64,000 nt of DNA from an uncultured Rickettsiales bacterium. GTDB taxonomy: Bacteria > Myxococcota_A > UBA796 > UBA9615 > CAYRNR01. Below the pieces are notes generated by a model, which worked only from the letters and a program-made list of their open reading frames with translations, ran no database searches and had not been told where the DNA came from. Shown in pieces: positions 28,542-37,351 of the stretch. Position 1 is the stretch's first letter. Each line of letters starts with the position of its first letter. The stretch spans positions 1,254 to 65,253 of the forward strand of contig CAZXHG010000012.1 in NCBI GenBank assembly GCA_964639985.1, in the 5' to 3' direction. Made by a program: the position numbers and the translations under genes.

Positions 28542-31130
28542 TCAAGCCTGGTCCTCCCCGGGAGTCGTCTCCTGTTCGTCTGTCTCCGTTTCGCCGCCGG
28601 CCCGCTTCCACGACTCCCAGCCGGGGAGCTCGGCGACCGCCGCGATCCAGTCGGGACGAAGCCGGCACCAGCGTGCTGTCGGTGGCGGTGGTGCTGCCAT
28701 GGCGGTCGACGTGGCGAGTCGCGGTACGAGCTGGTCCAGCAGGTCTGCTTCCGACTCGTGGAGGCCGGGATCGTGGAGGATGGGCCTCAGTACGTCCCGC
28801 ACAGGATCGAGCAGGGGCAGCAGCGCCAGCATCTCGTCCGCGCCCATGGGCGGGATCGGCCCGTGGGGCGCGCAGGCCGTGAGCTCGGCCCTCAGCCACC
28901 GGCCGAGCGAATCGCGCAATCCCCTCGCGCCGAGGATTGCCTCGATGGCCTCGTCGCGTTCCGCCCCCCGTGTACCGGCCCACTGCACGGCCTGAGCACA
29001 CAGGGCGGTGCCAGGCAAGGCATGGACGCAGATCCGGAGAGCCCGCAGGGACAGCCGGTGACGCGAGGCAAGGGCGCGTCCTATCTCGTCGACCAGCGCT
29101 GCATTGCGCTGGCCAGCCAGCTCGCTGACGAGCCAGTTCACGAGATCCGCGCGGATTCCGCCTGACCAGCGCCGCCAGAAGGTCTCCTCCTCGACCTGTC
29201 GAGCCAGCGCAGGCGTCAGCTGCGCGGGCCAGTCCCTGGGAGGCCTCGCCGGTGGGAACGCGCCGGTGTCGAGCAGCGCGATGGCCTCGCCCGGCATGTC
29301 GATCGCCCGTAGCACGTCGCAGGGCGCGCCATGCTCCACCGCGTCGTAGATGTCGGTTGCCCGCAGGGCGCCGACATGGACGAAGAGCCGCAGGTTCTCG
29401 AGATCCCGCTCCTGCGCCGCAGAGGCATCGAGGTTCCGACCTTGCGCCTCCATCACCCGGATCCCGAGCACTGCGCGGACCATCCTGCCCGGCTGCATCC
29501 CGATCGCGCACAGAAGCTTGACCAGCGCGGGCCCATCGGGCGATGGATCGCCCGCAAGCTGGGCCTCCCTCCACCATCGCACGAACGTCGCCGTCGCCTG
29601 CTCGCGGGTCACCTCCGCATCGGCGAACGCGGCGAGGAGCCACGTGGCTGCGATCTCGGACCAGGCCCCGTCGAGCGAGGGGATCTGACGTGGCTCGATG
29701 CCCGGATGGATCGCCAGCGCCTGCAGCCACCACGTCCTTGTCTCTCGCTGTCCACACAGGTGACGACCCGCCTCCAGCAACTCCTCGGCGGTGAAGCCGG
29801 ACACCCACAGCGGTTCGGGAGCGGGGAGGGCTGCCGGCGTGGCAGGTAGCGGGGGGGCGGTGAATGGCACGCCGCGGCAGAGGGTGGCCACCAGCGGGGC
29901 GGACAGCCCGGCGTCCTCCAGCGCCCGCTCGAAGCGGGGTTCGACCCAGGCGAGCCGAGCGCGAGCACGCAGCTTCGCCAGGGCGTGCAGCTCGATCCGG
30001 TCCAGCAGCCCGGCATCGGCCAGGCAACGGAGATCCTCGCCTTCGTCCTCGAACGTCCGGCCGTTGGCGTCGGTCCACTCGCCATGGGATAGCCTGTCCC
30101 ACGTCTCCCGCGCGGCAGGCGGAAGGAGCCGGTCTGCGCCCGGTGCTTCCGGGCCCACCAGGTCGATGAAGCGGTCGAGTGCGCGCGGCTCACCGGCGAG
30201 CACGGCCGCCAGATGGGGGCCGTCCTCGGCCTCGATCCGCCCCTGGACCGCCGGTAGGTCCGCGGCGGTCAGCAGGCCCCGCTTCAGCCAGCTGGAGACC
30301 CTGCTGGCATCCGCCTCCGCCAGCGCGTTCGCCCGACCGTTCCTCGTCGTGATCAGCCAGTCGAGCGCCCCGGGGAGAGCGGCGATCGCGGGCGTCAACT
30401 GCTTTCCTGCGGCGAACCCGAGCAGGTCCATTCGCTGCGCCGCCGTGGTCCGTGTACCCGCCAGCGCCGCGAGGTCGGCCTCGGCCAGTGCCGTGCGGGC
30501 GTCCGGCCTGGCGATGAGTCGCTGCACGGCGCGGGGGGGAGACCACGGGGTCGTCGAGATGACGAGACCGGGTTCGGCTGGAAATCTCGGAGGCAGCCGC
30601 TTGGGCAGGAGCGCGACGAACGTCACCGGACCATCGGCCCCCAGGGCCTGCAGGATCCTCGATGCGGTCCCCGCACGCCGTACCACGACCAGCGGTGCCG
30701 CCGCGGTCAGCAGGCATATCGCCGCGCCGAGGTATTGCTCGAGGTCTGCCTCGTCGGCGGCCGGGAGCACCACGGAGTCCCCGTCGCGCGTGGTCCGGCC
30801 GGGTTCGTCGACCTGGTAGGCGCCATGGACCAGCAGGGGCAGGTCTTCGGGGGCGAGCGGCACGGCCACGCGGGCGAACGCGAGGTGGCACAGCTGGCGG
30901 CCGGCGTTGTCCGTGCCCGCCTCGTCGCAGGCTCGCAGCAACCACCACGCGTCGTCGACGAATGCCACGGTCACCGACTGCGGATTCCCGGCGCTGATGT
31001 GCACCTGCAGCCACTCCCCGGCGATCCGGAGGACCTCCCTGGATGCGTGGGTGCCGGCGATCTGCTGGAAGTCCTCCGCCGGAGACGGCTTGGCCAACAG
31101 CCCGACCGAGTCGAGAATCACTCTGGCCAT
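28542..31130 (-). CDS. Large Ala/Leu-rich helical-repeat hypothetical protein (~863 aa)
   Basis: Start MARVILDSVGLL at 31130, 7 nt after the stop of the Ras-like GTPase gene, with a G-rich SD. Long alpha-helical repeat-like sequence. Confidence 0.5.
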   Translation of the reverse strand: MARVILDSVGLLAKPSPAEDFQQIAGTHASREVLRIAGEWLQVHISAGNPQSVTVAFVDDAWWLLRACDEAGTDNAGRQLCHLAFARVAVPLAPEDLPLLVHGAYQVDEPGRTTRDGDSVVLPAADEADLEQYLGAAICLLTAAAPLVVVRRAGTASRILQALGADGPVTFVALLPKRLPPRFPAEPGLVISTTPWSPPRAVQRLIARPDARTALAEADLAALAGTRTTAAQRMDLLGFAAGKQLTPAIAALPGALDWLITTRNGRANALAEADASRVSSWLKRGLLTAADLPAVQGRIEAEDGPHLAAVLAGEPRALDRFIDLVGPEAPGADRLLPPAARETWDRLSHGEWTDANGRTFEDEGEDLRCLADAGLLDRIELHALAKLRARARLAWVEPRFERALEDAGLSAPLVATLCRGVPFTAPPLPATPAALPAPEPLWVSGFTAEELLEAGRHLCGQRETRTWWLQALAIHPGIEPRQIPSLDGAWSEIAATWLLAAFADAEVTREQATATFVRWWREAQLAGDPSPDGPALVKLLCAIGMQPGRMVRAVLGIRVMEAQGRNLDASAAQERDLENLRLFVHVGALRATDIYDAVEHGAPCDVLRAIDMPGEAIALLDTGAFPPARPPRDWPAQLTPALARQVEEETFWRRWSGGIRADLVNWLVSELAGQRNAALVDEIGRALASRHRLSLRALRICVHALPGTALCAQAVQWAGTRGAERDEAIEAILGARGLRDSLGRWLRAELTACAPHGPIPPMGADEMLALLPLLDPVRDVLRPILHDPGLHESEADLLDQLVPRLATSTAMAAPPPPTARWCRLRPDWIAAVAELPGWESWKRAGGETETDEQETTPGEDQA

Positions 31131-31137
31131 CGCCCCC

Positions 31138-31947
31138 TCACCCCTTCTCGTTTCCCGGCCGGCACACACCCAGCTCCCCCAGGAGGTACGCCAGCGGAGC
31201 GGCCACGCCCTGGGGCCGCACCCCGAACGGGAGTGCCTGACCGAACTCGCTGAGGATGATGGCGGGATCGCCGGTGGACCCGCTGTATCCATAGGCGGTC
31301 GACGGCCAGATCCTGTCGTCGAACCACTCCTTGAGTTCATCTTCCCGGCGCAGGCACCACTCCTCCCCGTGCCACCAATCCTGGGTCCGCGACCACGCCG
31401 GGTGGTTCTGGGGCAGGTGACGCTCGCACTTGGTGAAGGTCAGCGCTCGAGGCTTGGTACCCCAGAACTGGTGGCTGTTACGGATCGCGTCGATCTGCCG
31501 GGCGACCTCCCGGGCTCTCCATTCGAGCAGGAACAGGAACGCGTCGGCCTCCTCGAGCTGTTCCTGGACCCAGGGTTGCTGGATCTCCTGGGTGATCTGG
31601 CCGCGGACGTCGCGGATACGGACGATGCCGCCGTCACTCAGCGTGAGATCGAGATCGATGTGCTCCTCGCTCGTGGGTCGGACCCACCGCTCGGTGTTGA
31701 GCCGTTGCCAGTGCTGGGCGACGACGCGGACCGTGGCGCCACCGCACCGCGACCAGTCGATCCCCGGGAGCTTCACCTTCTGGTCGGTGTGGTACAGCGC
31801 GGTCGCGAGCAGGGACGTCTTGCCCACCTGGGTGTCCCCCCAGAGCAGGATCGTCCGTACTTCGCCGTCTGGGTCTCGAGCCGCTGCCGCGGCTTTTCGT
31901 GTCGACTTGGTTCTTGCCCTGGTCACAGCTCTATCCCGGCTCCCCAC
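31138..31947 (-). CDS. Ras/Roc-like small GTPase
   Basis: G1 LLWGDTQVGKTSLL. G3 DVRGQ (canonical DxxGQ of Ras-like GTPases). G4-like FTKCE. 269 aa. Confidence 0.65.
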   Translation of the reverse strand: MGSRDRAVTRARTKSTRKAAAAARDPDGEVRTILLWGDTQVGKTSLLATALYHTDQKVKLPGIDWSRCGGATVRVVAQHWQRLNTERWVRPTSEEHIDLDLTLSDGGIVRIRDVRGQITQEIQQPWVQEQLEEADAFLFLLEWRAREVARQIDAIRNSHQFWGTKPRALTFTKCERHLPQNHPAWSRTQDWWHGEEWCLRREDELKEWFDDRIWPSTAYGYSGSTGDPAIILSEFGQALPFGVRPQGVAAPLAYLLGELGVCRPGNEKG

Positions 31948-32026
31948 TGCCCTGTGGCGCAGTCCTGATCATTCAGCTCGATTCCCGCGACCCCACGAAC
32001 CGCCGCGACACCGCCTCGGTACCGGA

Positions 32027-32056
32027 GCAGGGCTCCCGTCCCCGGCGGTACCGGAG
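32027..32056. promoter_or_regulatory. Two direct copies of CGGTACCGGAG (each holding the palindrome CGGTACCG) 19 bp apart, upstream of the Ras-like GTPase gene
   Basis: Copies at 32027-32037 and 32046-32056, in the 144-bp intergenic gap between 32092 and 31947. This is the only sizeable gap inside the long - strand array. Confidence 0.35.
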
Positions 32057-32091
32057 GGCGAGCACCATCGTACACGCGCACCTGCGGGCTC

Positions 32092-35000
32092 TCAAACGAC
32101 GCGAAGATGCGCCCTGGCGGCGGCCGCGCCGGGAGGAACCAGACCGTGCTGGTCGAGCAGCTGGTGGAGAGCCTCCCCTTGATGAGTCCCTTCCACTTCC
32201 AGGGCCTGGGGAGGTTGCCCAGGGGCCAGAACCGACGGCTCGATTCCCAGCGCTGCCCAGGCGCTGTTCAACCAGGCGAGGGTCTGCTCGAACCCGCCCC
32301 CGCGCGGTAGAGCCTCCGGGGGCAGGCTCGAGCGGGCTGCCTCCTGGAGGTCCGAGACGCGCTGCTGCAGGATGCCGCGGAGCTGCCGCAGGACATCCGT
32401 GGTCGAATGGAAGCTACCTGTACCCGCCTCCAGCACCTCCAGCGCCCGGTCCGTGGCCTCGCTCGCGGCGGCAAGACCCTCGAGCGAGCCGAGCGGGTCG
32501 GTCAGCAGGTGCCGACTGCTCTGGTCGGCTTCCATGAGGGACATCATCGGCTCATCGTCCGGGCACAGCCACAGGAAGTCCTTGAGCGGCGGCTTCTGGG
32601 GTCCGTCGAGCGCGAGGCGAGAACGCCTGTCGAGGATCGCCTCGATGGCCTGGCTCGACTCCAGGGCGACGGCCAGGTCGTCCCAGTGGCGTTCGACGAG
32701 GAGCGCCTCGAGGAATGCGGAGTAGCTGTCGCGTCGATGGGTCGGGATGGCCTCGAGCACGGTCGACATTCGCTTCCGAGCGTGCTGGGTCAGCTCCATC
32801 CTCACCTTGTCGACCGACTGCTGGAGCTTGCTCACCCCGCGATGTGAAGCGAGGATCACGTTCGTCGTGTCCCGGGCCTGGCTTGCCTCGAGGGCGTCCC
32901 CGAGGTCGAACAGGTCCAGCGTGCCCTTGCGAGCTCGCGTCAGCCGGTTGGCCAGTCGCTTCACACCGAGCACCCGGCTGCCGGCCACCAGTGTTGCGAG
33001 ATCCTCCAGCAGCGGCGTGGCCCGTTCCCTGATCTCCTCGAGCACGGCCTCGGCCCGTGCGAGGATTCGAGCCTCGATCTGATCCACGGGCATGCTGCGA
33101 TCGATCTCGAGGCCATCGCGAATCTCCGCGGGGACCGATTCGAGATGAGCCATCCAGTCCGCCTGCTTCTCCGCATCCTGGATGATCGCCCGATCTGCAC
33201 TGGAGCAGAGCCGCTCACCACCCGCGAGACTCTGCACGCCGCTGTAGTTCTCGGCGATCAGCTCTTCCAGCCTGGGAGCCCACCGTGTCCGCGTGGTTTC
33301 GGTGGCGAACCGCAGGCGGTCGGTCAGGTCCCGGGCCCGGCCCCGCAGGTGATCCCAGGCCGCCGGGCCGAGATGCCGGACCACGAAGCGCCCCGCGGAG
33401 CCCTCCAGCCATCGAGTGCAGTCTCCGATCCCCTCGGTGGCAGCCCCATACCAGGCCTCGGCCGGAAAGGACGTCAGGGCTGTCGCAGCCGATCGACACC
33501 GCTTCATGCCATCCAGCAGCAGCGCCTGCGCCAGGTCACTCTGCGCGTCGAGGCCCATGGTGGCCAGGTGCTCGACAGCAGGGGCAGCGGGGATCCCCTC
33601 CCATGCCTGCTGGAGGCTGCCGAGCAGGGCTTTCGGGTCGATATCCTGCTCGGTGTCGCGTCCCGTGGAGGGCCACGGCGGAATCCGGCTCTCGCCGGCC
33701 AGCGTATCCAGCCAGCACAGGGCCTCGTGGGCCAGGCGGTCGTGCCGCTCCAGCTCCGCCCGGTGGCGAGTGAACGTGAGTCCGTCGACCCGGAGGTGGA
33801 CGTCATCCGCTCCATCGGTGACCGGTGGAGCCCCGTGGGCAACCTCCGTCGCGTGTCTCTCCGCAGCCGTCAGCGCCTCGAATCCCTGCGAGGCCGAGAT
33901 GCGCAGCCGCCTGGAGACCTGCCCCAGGTCCCCCCACCACGAGGGAAACGGAGGCCGACGGCCCGCGAGATCTTCGATTTCCAGCGCCGTGGCATGGGCC
34001 AGTTGCGCGACCTGATCTCGTGCCCCGATGACCTCGTCGCCCGATCCTCCTTCCTCGATGACTCGCCGTCTCCTCGCATCGCAGGCCTCGGCGTCCGCCC
34101 TCGGACGGCAGCCTAGGAGATAGTGCTCGGGCAGGCCGTCCAGCGCCGGGTCGATCAGCAGTCGGTACGCCTCCTGCACGCAGAGAAAGTCGTCGGGCTC
34201 CACCTGGATCCGGCGTGTTACGAGCTCCGGCAAGGAGCCCAGGCTTGCACCGCTCGTGGCCAGCGACAGCCACCGCTCGACCTCCGTGGGAGGGAGGCCC
34301 TCGAGCCACGCCGCGACATCTGCCGAGTCGTCCCCGATGGCGTGGCGCAGCATCGCCGGGGCATCCAGCGGGCCCGCTCCGGCTGGAAGTCCCAGCAGAC
34401 CCACCGGGCCGCACAGATCGGGATTCCAGATGAGCCCCTGAACCACCTGCGGGTGGGCCCACAACGCCGCCAGCAGATCGCCGATCGTGTCGTCGACCTC
34501 GAGGATGTCCGCCACGTCGGACCGCTCGCCCGATTCGAGGACCTCCAGCAGGATCTCCAGCGCGGCCGTGGGTGTCCTGGCGAGCGCCTGGCAGAGGTCG
34601 GGATCTCCCAGCTGATCCGCCAGCTCGAGCTCGATCAGCCGGCGCACGAATCCTGGAATGCGCACACACAGGTCGACCACGGTCTGGCCTGGATCGGCGA
34701 TGAGCTGCTCCAGCTCCCGGAGCAGCGCCTGGATGTCGGGTGGGAGAGGCGGCTCACATGACGAGGGGCGCCAGTCGTCCAGCGAGACGAAGGGGACCTT
34801 GCCGATGGTCGACAGGTACTCGACGAAGGGTCCGGGGAGCTCGACACAGCGCCCCGCCGCTGCGTCGACGCCGACGGTCAACAGCACGCTGGCCGGCGCG
34901 ATGATCGCCACGCGGTCCTTGAAATGCAGCCCGTCCAGGGGGAGGGTGTGGGAGCCAGCGCCCAGCTGATGGCTCCACAGGCTCTCCGCACCGCCGGCCT

Positions 35001-35667
35001 GGAGGCGCCAGCGCACGATGGTCAGGGGCACCCCGAGGTCACCGGCCGAGGCGTCGACCCTCGCCTTGATGTGGGGCGGCCGTCCGCCGATACCAGCATG
35101 GAAGTGCGCGTGGATGGTGCAGGCCGCCGGCCCGAGCCAGCTCGCGGCCGAGGGTCCCACCACGCCGTCGCGGATCGGGGTGGCGACCTCTTCCCTCCAG
35201 CCGCCTCGTTCCCACGCGAGCGGGTCTTCTTCGCAAGGCAGGTCGGTGGGCGGGACGACGCCGTCCAGCGTGAACCACCGTTGCTCGACGGAACCGAGGG
35301 GCCACCGCGTCATGCAGACGCTGCCCGGGATACCTCCAGCGATCACCCCTTCCGGTTCGTCCGTGGTGTCGATCTCCGCCTGCGTCGAGAAATCGAACCG
35401 CCATCGCTCCAGACATCGATGGTTCGAACGCAGCTCCACCTCGAACGGGCCCGAACCGGGGGCCGGTAGCAGTGCCAGGGTTCGACCACTCGGGAGCGAA
35501 AGCGCTTCTTCGAGATCGCCGTCGGGAACCGGCAGCCTGGCACCACTCTTCCCGCCAGCCCACCGTGTGCCCCGAACCCAGATCGACAGGGGAATGTCCA
35601 CCGCCCCGGGCAAGCGCATCACCAGGACGCCGAGGTCACGGTGCCAGTGCCATCGCGCGTAGGTCAT
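32092..35667 (-). CDS. Very large hypothetical protein (1191 aa), first gene of the GTPase-centred array
   Basis: Uninterrupted ORF with strong GC3 bias. Helical Ala/Leu-rich C-terminal two thirds. No recognisable catalytic motif. Confidence 0.55.
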   Translation of the reverse strand: MTYARWHWHRDLGVLVMRLPGAVDIPLSIWVRGTRWAGGKSGARLPVPDGDLEEALSLPSGRTLALLPAPGSGPFEVELRSNHRCLERWRFDFSTQAEIDTTDEPEGVIAGGIPGSVCMTRWPLGSVEQRWFTLDGVVPPTDLPCEEDPLAWERGGWREEVATPIRDGVVGPSAASWLGPAACTIHAHFHAGIGGRPPHIKARVDASAGDLGVPLTIVRWRLQAGGAESLWSHQLGAGSHTLPLDGLHFKDRVAIIAPASVLLTVGVDAAAGRCVELPGPFVEYLSTIGKVPFVSLDDWRPSSCEPPLPPDIQALLRELEQLIADPGQTVVDLCVRIPGFVRRLIELELADQLGDPDLCQALARTPTAALEILLEVLESGERSDVADILEVDDTIGDLLAALWAHPQVVQGLIWNPDLCGPVGLLGLPAGAGPLDAPAMLRHAIGDDSADVAAWLEGLPPTEVERWLSLATSGASLGSLPELVTRRIQVEPDDFLCVQEAYRLLIDPALDGLPEHYLLGCRPRADAEACDARRRRVIEEGGSGDEVIGARDQVAQLAHATALEIEDLAGRRPPFPSWWGDLGQVSRRLRISASQGFEALTAAERHATEVAHGAPPVTDGADDVHLRVDGLTFTRHRAELERHDRLAHEALCWLDTLAGESRIPPWPSTGRDTEQDIDPKALLGSLQQAWEGIPAAPAVEHLATMGLDAQSDLAQALLLDGMKRCRSAATALTSFPAEAWYGAATEGIGDCTRWLEGSAGRFVVRHLGPAAWDHLRGRARDLTDRLRFATETTRTRWAPRLEELIAENYSGVQSLAGGERLCSSADRAIIQDAEKQADWMAHLESVPAEIRDGLEIDRSMPVDQIEARILARAEAVLEEIRERATPLLEDLATLVAGSRVLGVKRLANRLTRARKGTLDLFDLGDALEASQARDTTNVILASHRGVSKLQQSVDKVRMELTQHARKRMSTVLEAIPTHRRDSYSAFLEALLVERHWDDLAVALESSQAIEAILDRRSRLALDGPQKPPLKDFLWLCPDDEPMMSLMEADQSSRHLLTDPLGSLEGLAAASEATDRALEVLEAGTGSFHSTTDVLRQLRGILQQRVSDLQEAARSSLPPEALPRGGGFEQTLAWLNSAWAALGIEPSVLAPGQPPQALEVEGTHQGEALHQLLDQHGLVPPGAAAARAHLRVV

Positions 35668-35708
35668 GGAGCCATCCTACCGCATGCCGGCCGAGGGCTG
35701 ACCCGGTC

Positions 35709-35729
35709 GGGTTGGCAGACTGGCAACCC
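35709..35729. promoter_or_regulatory. Imperfect 10-bp inverted repeat GGGTTGGCAG-A-CTGGCAACCC between the ABC operon and the first gene of the GTPase array
   Basis: Seen in the 137-bp intergenic region 35668-35804. One mismatch. Could be a terminator stem for the ABC operon or an operator for the downstream array. Confidence 0.3.
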
Positions 35730-35804
35730 TCGGACAGGGCCTGTTGATCATGGGGGTGTCATGTGGATCGTACGGCCCCGGCTTTTTAGGTAGCGGCTCG
35801 TGAT

Positions 35805-36575
35805 TCAGAGAGATCGGAATCGATGGATCAGGTCGGCTCGGTGCCGAATGAACTCGGGGTCGAAGCGCATGTCGGGGTCACGCGGACCTGACAGGGGATT
35901 CACCGCCTGATGAGCGACGCGAGCTGGCCGGGGTCCGAGCATCACGATGCGGTCCCCGAGGAACAGCGCCTCCTCGATGTCGTGGGTGACGAACAGCATC
36001 ATCTTCGGCTCTTCGTCGAGCAGCGCGCAGAGCTCTTCCTGGATGCGCTGCTTGGTGTGCGTGTCGAGCGCCCCGAAGGGCTCGTCCATCAGCAGGATGC
36101 GTGGCCCACTGGCCAGCGTGCGGGCCAGCGCAACCCGCTGGCGCATGCCGCCGGAGAGCTGGTCGGGATACTTGTCCTCGTGACCGGTCAGCCCCACGAG
36201 GTCGATGTACCGGCGAATCCGATCCTCGACTTCGGGTGAGGGAGCTCCCTGCATGGACAGCCCGAAAGCCACGTTCTGCCGCACGTCGAGCCACGGAAAC
36301 GACGTGTAGGCCTGGAACACCATCCCCCTGTCCGTACCGGGTTCCGTGATGGTCTTGTCATCCAGGCGCACCCGGCCCCGTGTAGGTGTCTGCAGTCCGG
36401 CGACCAGATACAGCAAGCTGCTCTTTCCACACCCCGATGGACCGAGGATGACCAGCGTCTCGGTGCCCGACACCTCGAGGTCGATGTCCTGGAGGACGAA
36501 GTCCTCCGACCTGGCCCCATCCTCGTAGGTGAACCAGACAGATTCGAAACCCAGCCTCGGCGTCTGTTCGCTCAT
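35805..36575 (-). CDS. ABC transporter ATP-binding protein (nitrate/sulfonate/taurine SsuB/TauB family)
   Basis: Walker A GPSGCGKSS. Signature LSGGMRQRVALARTL. Walker B LLMDEPFGALD. H-loop VTHD. Confidence 0.85.
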   Translation of the reverse strand: MSEQTPRLGFESVWFTYEDGARSEDFVLQDIDLEVSGTETLVILGPSGCGKSSLLYLVAGLQTPTRGRVRLDDKTITEPGTDRGMVFQAYTSFPWLDVRQNVAFGLSMQGAPSPEVEDRIRRYIDLVGLTGHEDKYPDQLSGGMRQRVALARTLASGPRILLMDEPFGALDTHTKQRIQEELCALLDEEPKMMLFVTHDIEEALFLGDRIVMLGPRPARVAHQAVNPLSGPRDPDMRFDPEFIRHRADLIHRFRSL

Positions 36576-37339
36576 CGTTGCCGCACCGCCCAGGGAAAGA
36601 ACACGCCCTTGAGTGCGTTGAAGATCTGGTCGTAGAGAACCCCGATCAACCCGATGGTCAGGATCGCGGCGAACACCTCCGCGGTGTTCAGGTACCTCTG
36701 CGACTCGATGATGACGTGGCCAATTCCGCTCGCCGCTGCCACCAGTTCAGCGACCACCAGGTAGGACCAGGCCCAGCCGATACACACACGTAGCGCGTCG
36801 TAGATGCCGGGGAGAGACGCCGGCAGCATGACGTGGGTCAGGCGCTGCAGCGGGGTCAGCCCGAGGGTCGACGACAGGTCCAGGTAGGTCCTGGGCACGG
36901 CCAGTGCCGCGTCTCGGACCATGACGGTCAGCTGAAAGAACACCCCTAGGAAGATCACCGCGATCTTCTGGGGGTTGCCGATACCGATCCACAGGATGCA
37001 CAACGGGACCAGGGCGGGCACGGGCAGGTAGCGGAGAAATCCGACCAGGGGATCGACGAACCGCTGAGCGCGGACGGAGGAGCCCGTCCAGAGACCGAGG
37101 GGCACTGCCAGCAAGGCGGCGAGAATGAAACCCGCCTGCACGCGGTAGATGCTGGCGCCGATGTCGTACAGGAAGTGCTCGTCGACGAAGAGCCGGAGCA
37201 GCGCCTGCACCACGGAGAGGGGGCTGGGCAGGAAGGTGGGCGGGATGGTGCCCGAAAGGGTGAGCGCCGTCCACACGACGAGCACCACACCGAACGCCAC
37301 GACCGCGCTGATCCTGTTGCTGTCGAGTCGCCGCGTCAT
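36572..37339 (-). CDS. ABC transporter permease (SsuC/TauC-like)
   Basis: Six hydrophobic segments. EAA-like region ALAVPRTYLDLSSTLGLTPLQRLTHVMLPASLP. 4-nt overlaps with neighbours. Confidence 0.8.
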   Translation of the reverse strand: MTRRLDSNRISAVVAFGVVLVVWTALTLSGTIPPTFLPSPLSVVQALLRLFVDEHFLYDIGASIYRVQAGFILAALLAVPLGLWTGSSVRAQRFVDPLVGFLRYLPVPALVPLCILWIGIGNPQKIAVIFLGVFFQLTVMVRDAALAVPRTYLDLSSTLGLTPLQRLTHVMLPASLPGIYDALRVCIGWAWSYLVVAELVAAASGIGHVIIESQRYLNTAEVFAAILTIGLIGVLYDQIFNALKGVFFPWAVRQR

Positions 37340-37351
37340 CTCCGTACACCC

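Noticed and set aside
28537-30102. N-terminal ~520 aa of ORF 26914-30102, and N-terminal ~190 aa of ORF 53871-57554
   Set aside because: R/G-rich extensions that overlap well-supported genes in other frames. The real starts were placed at internal ATG/GTG codons adjacent to upstream stops.
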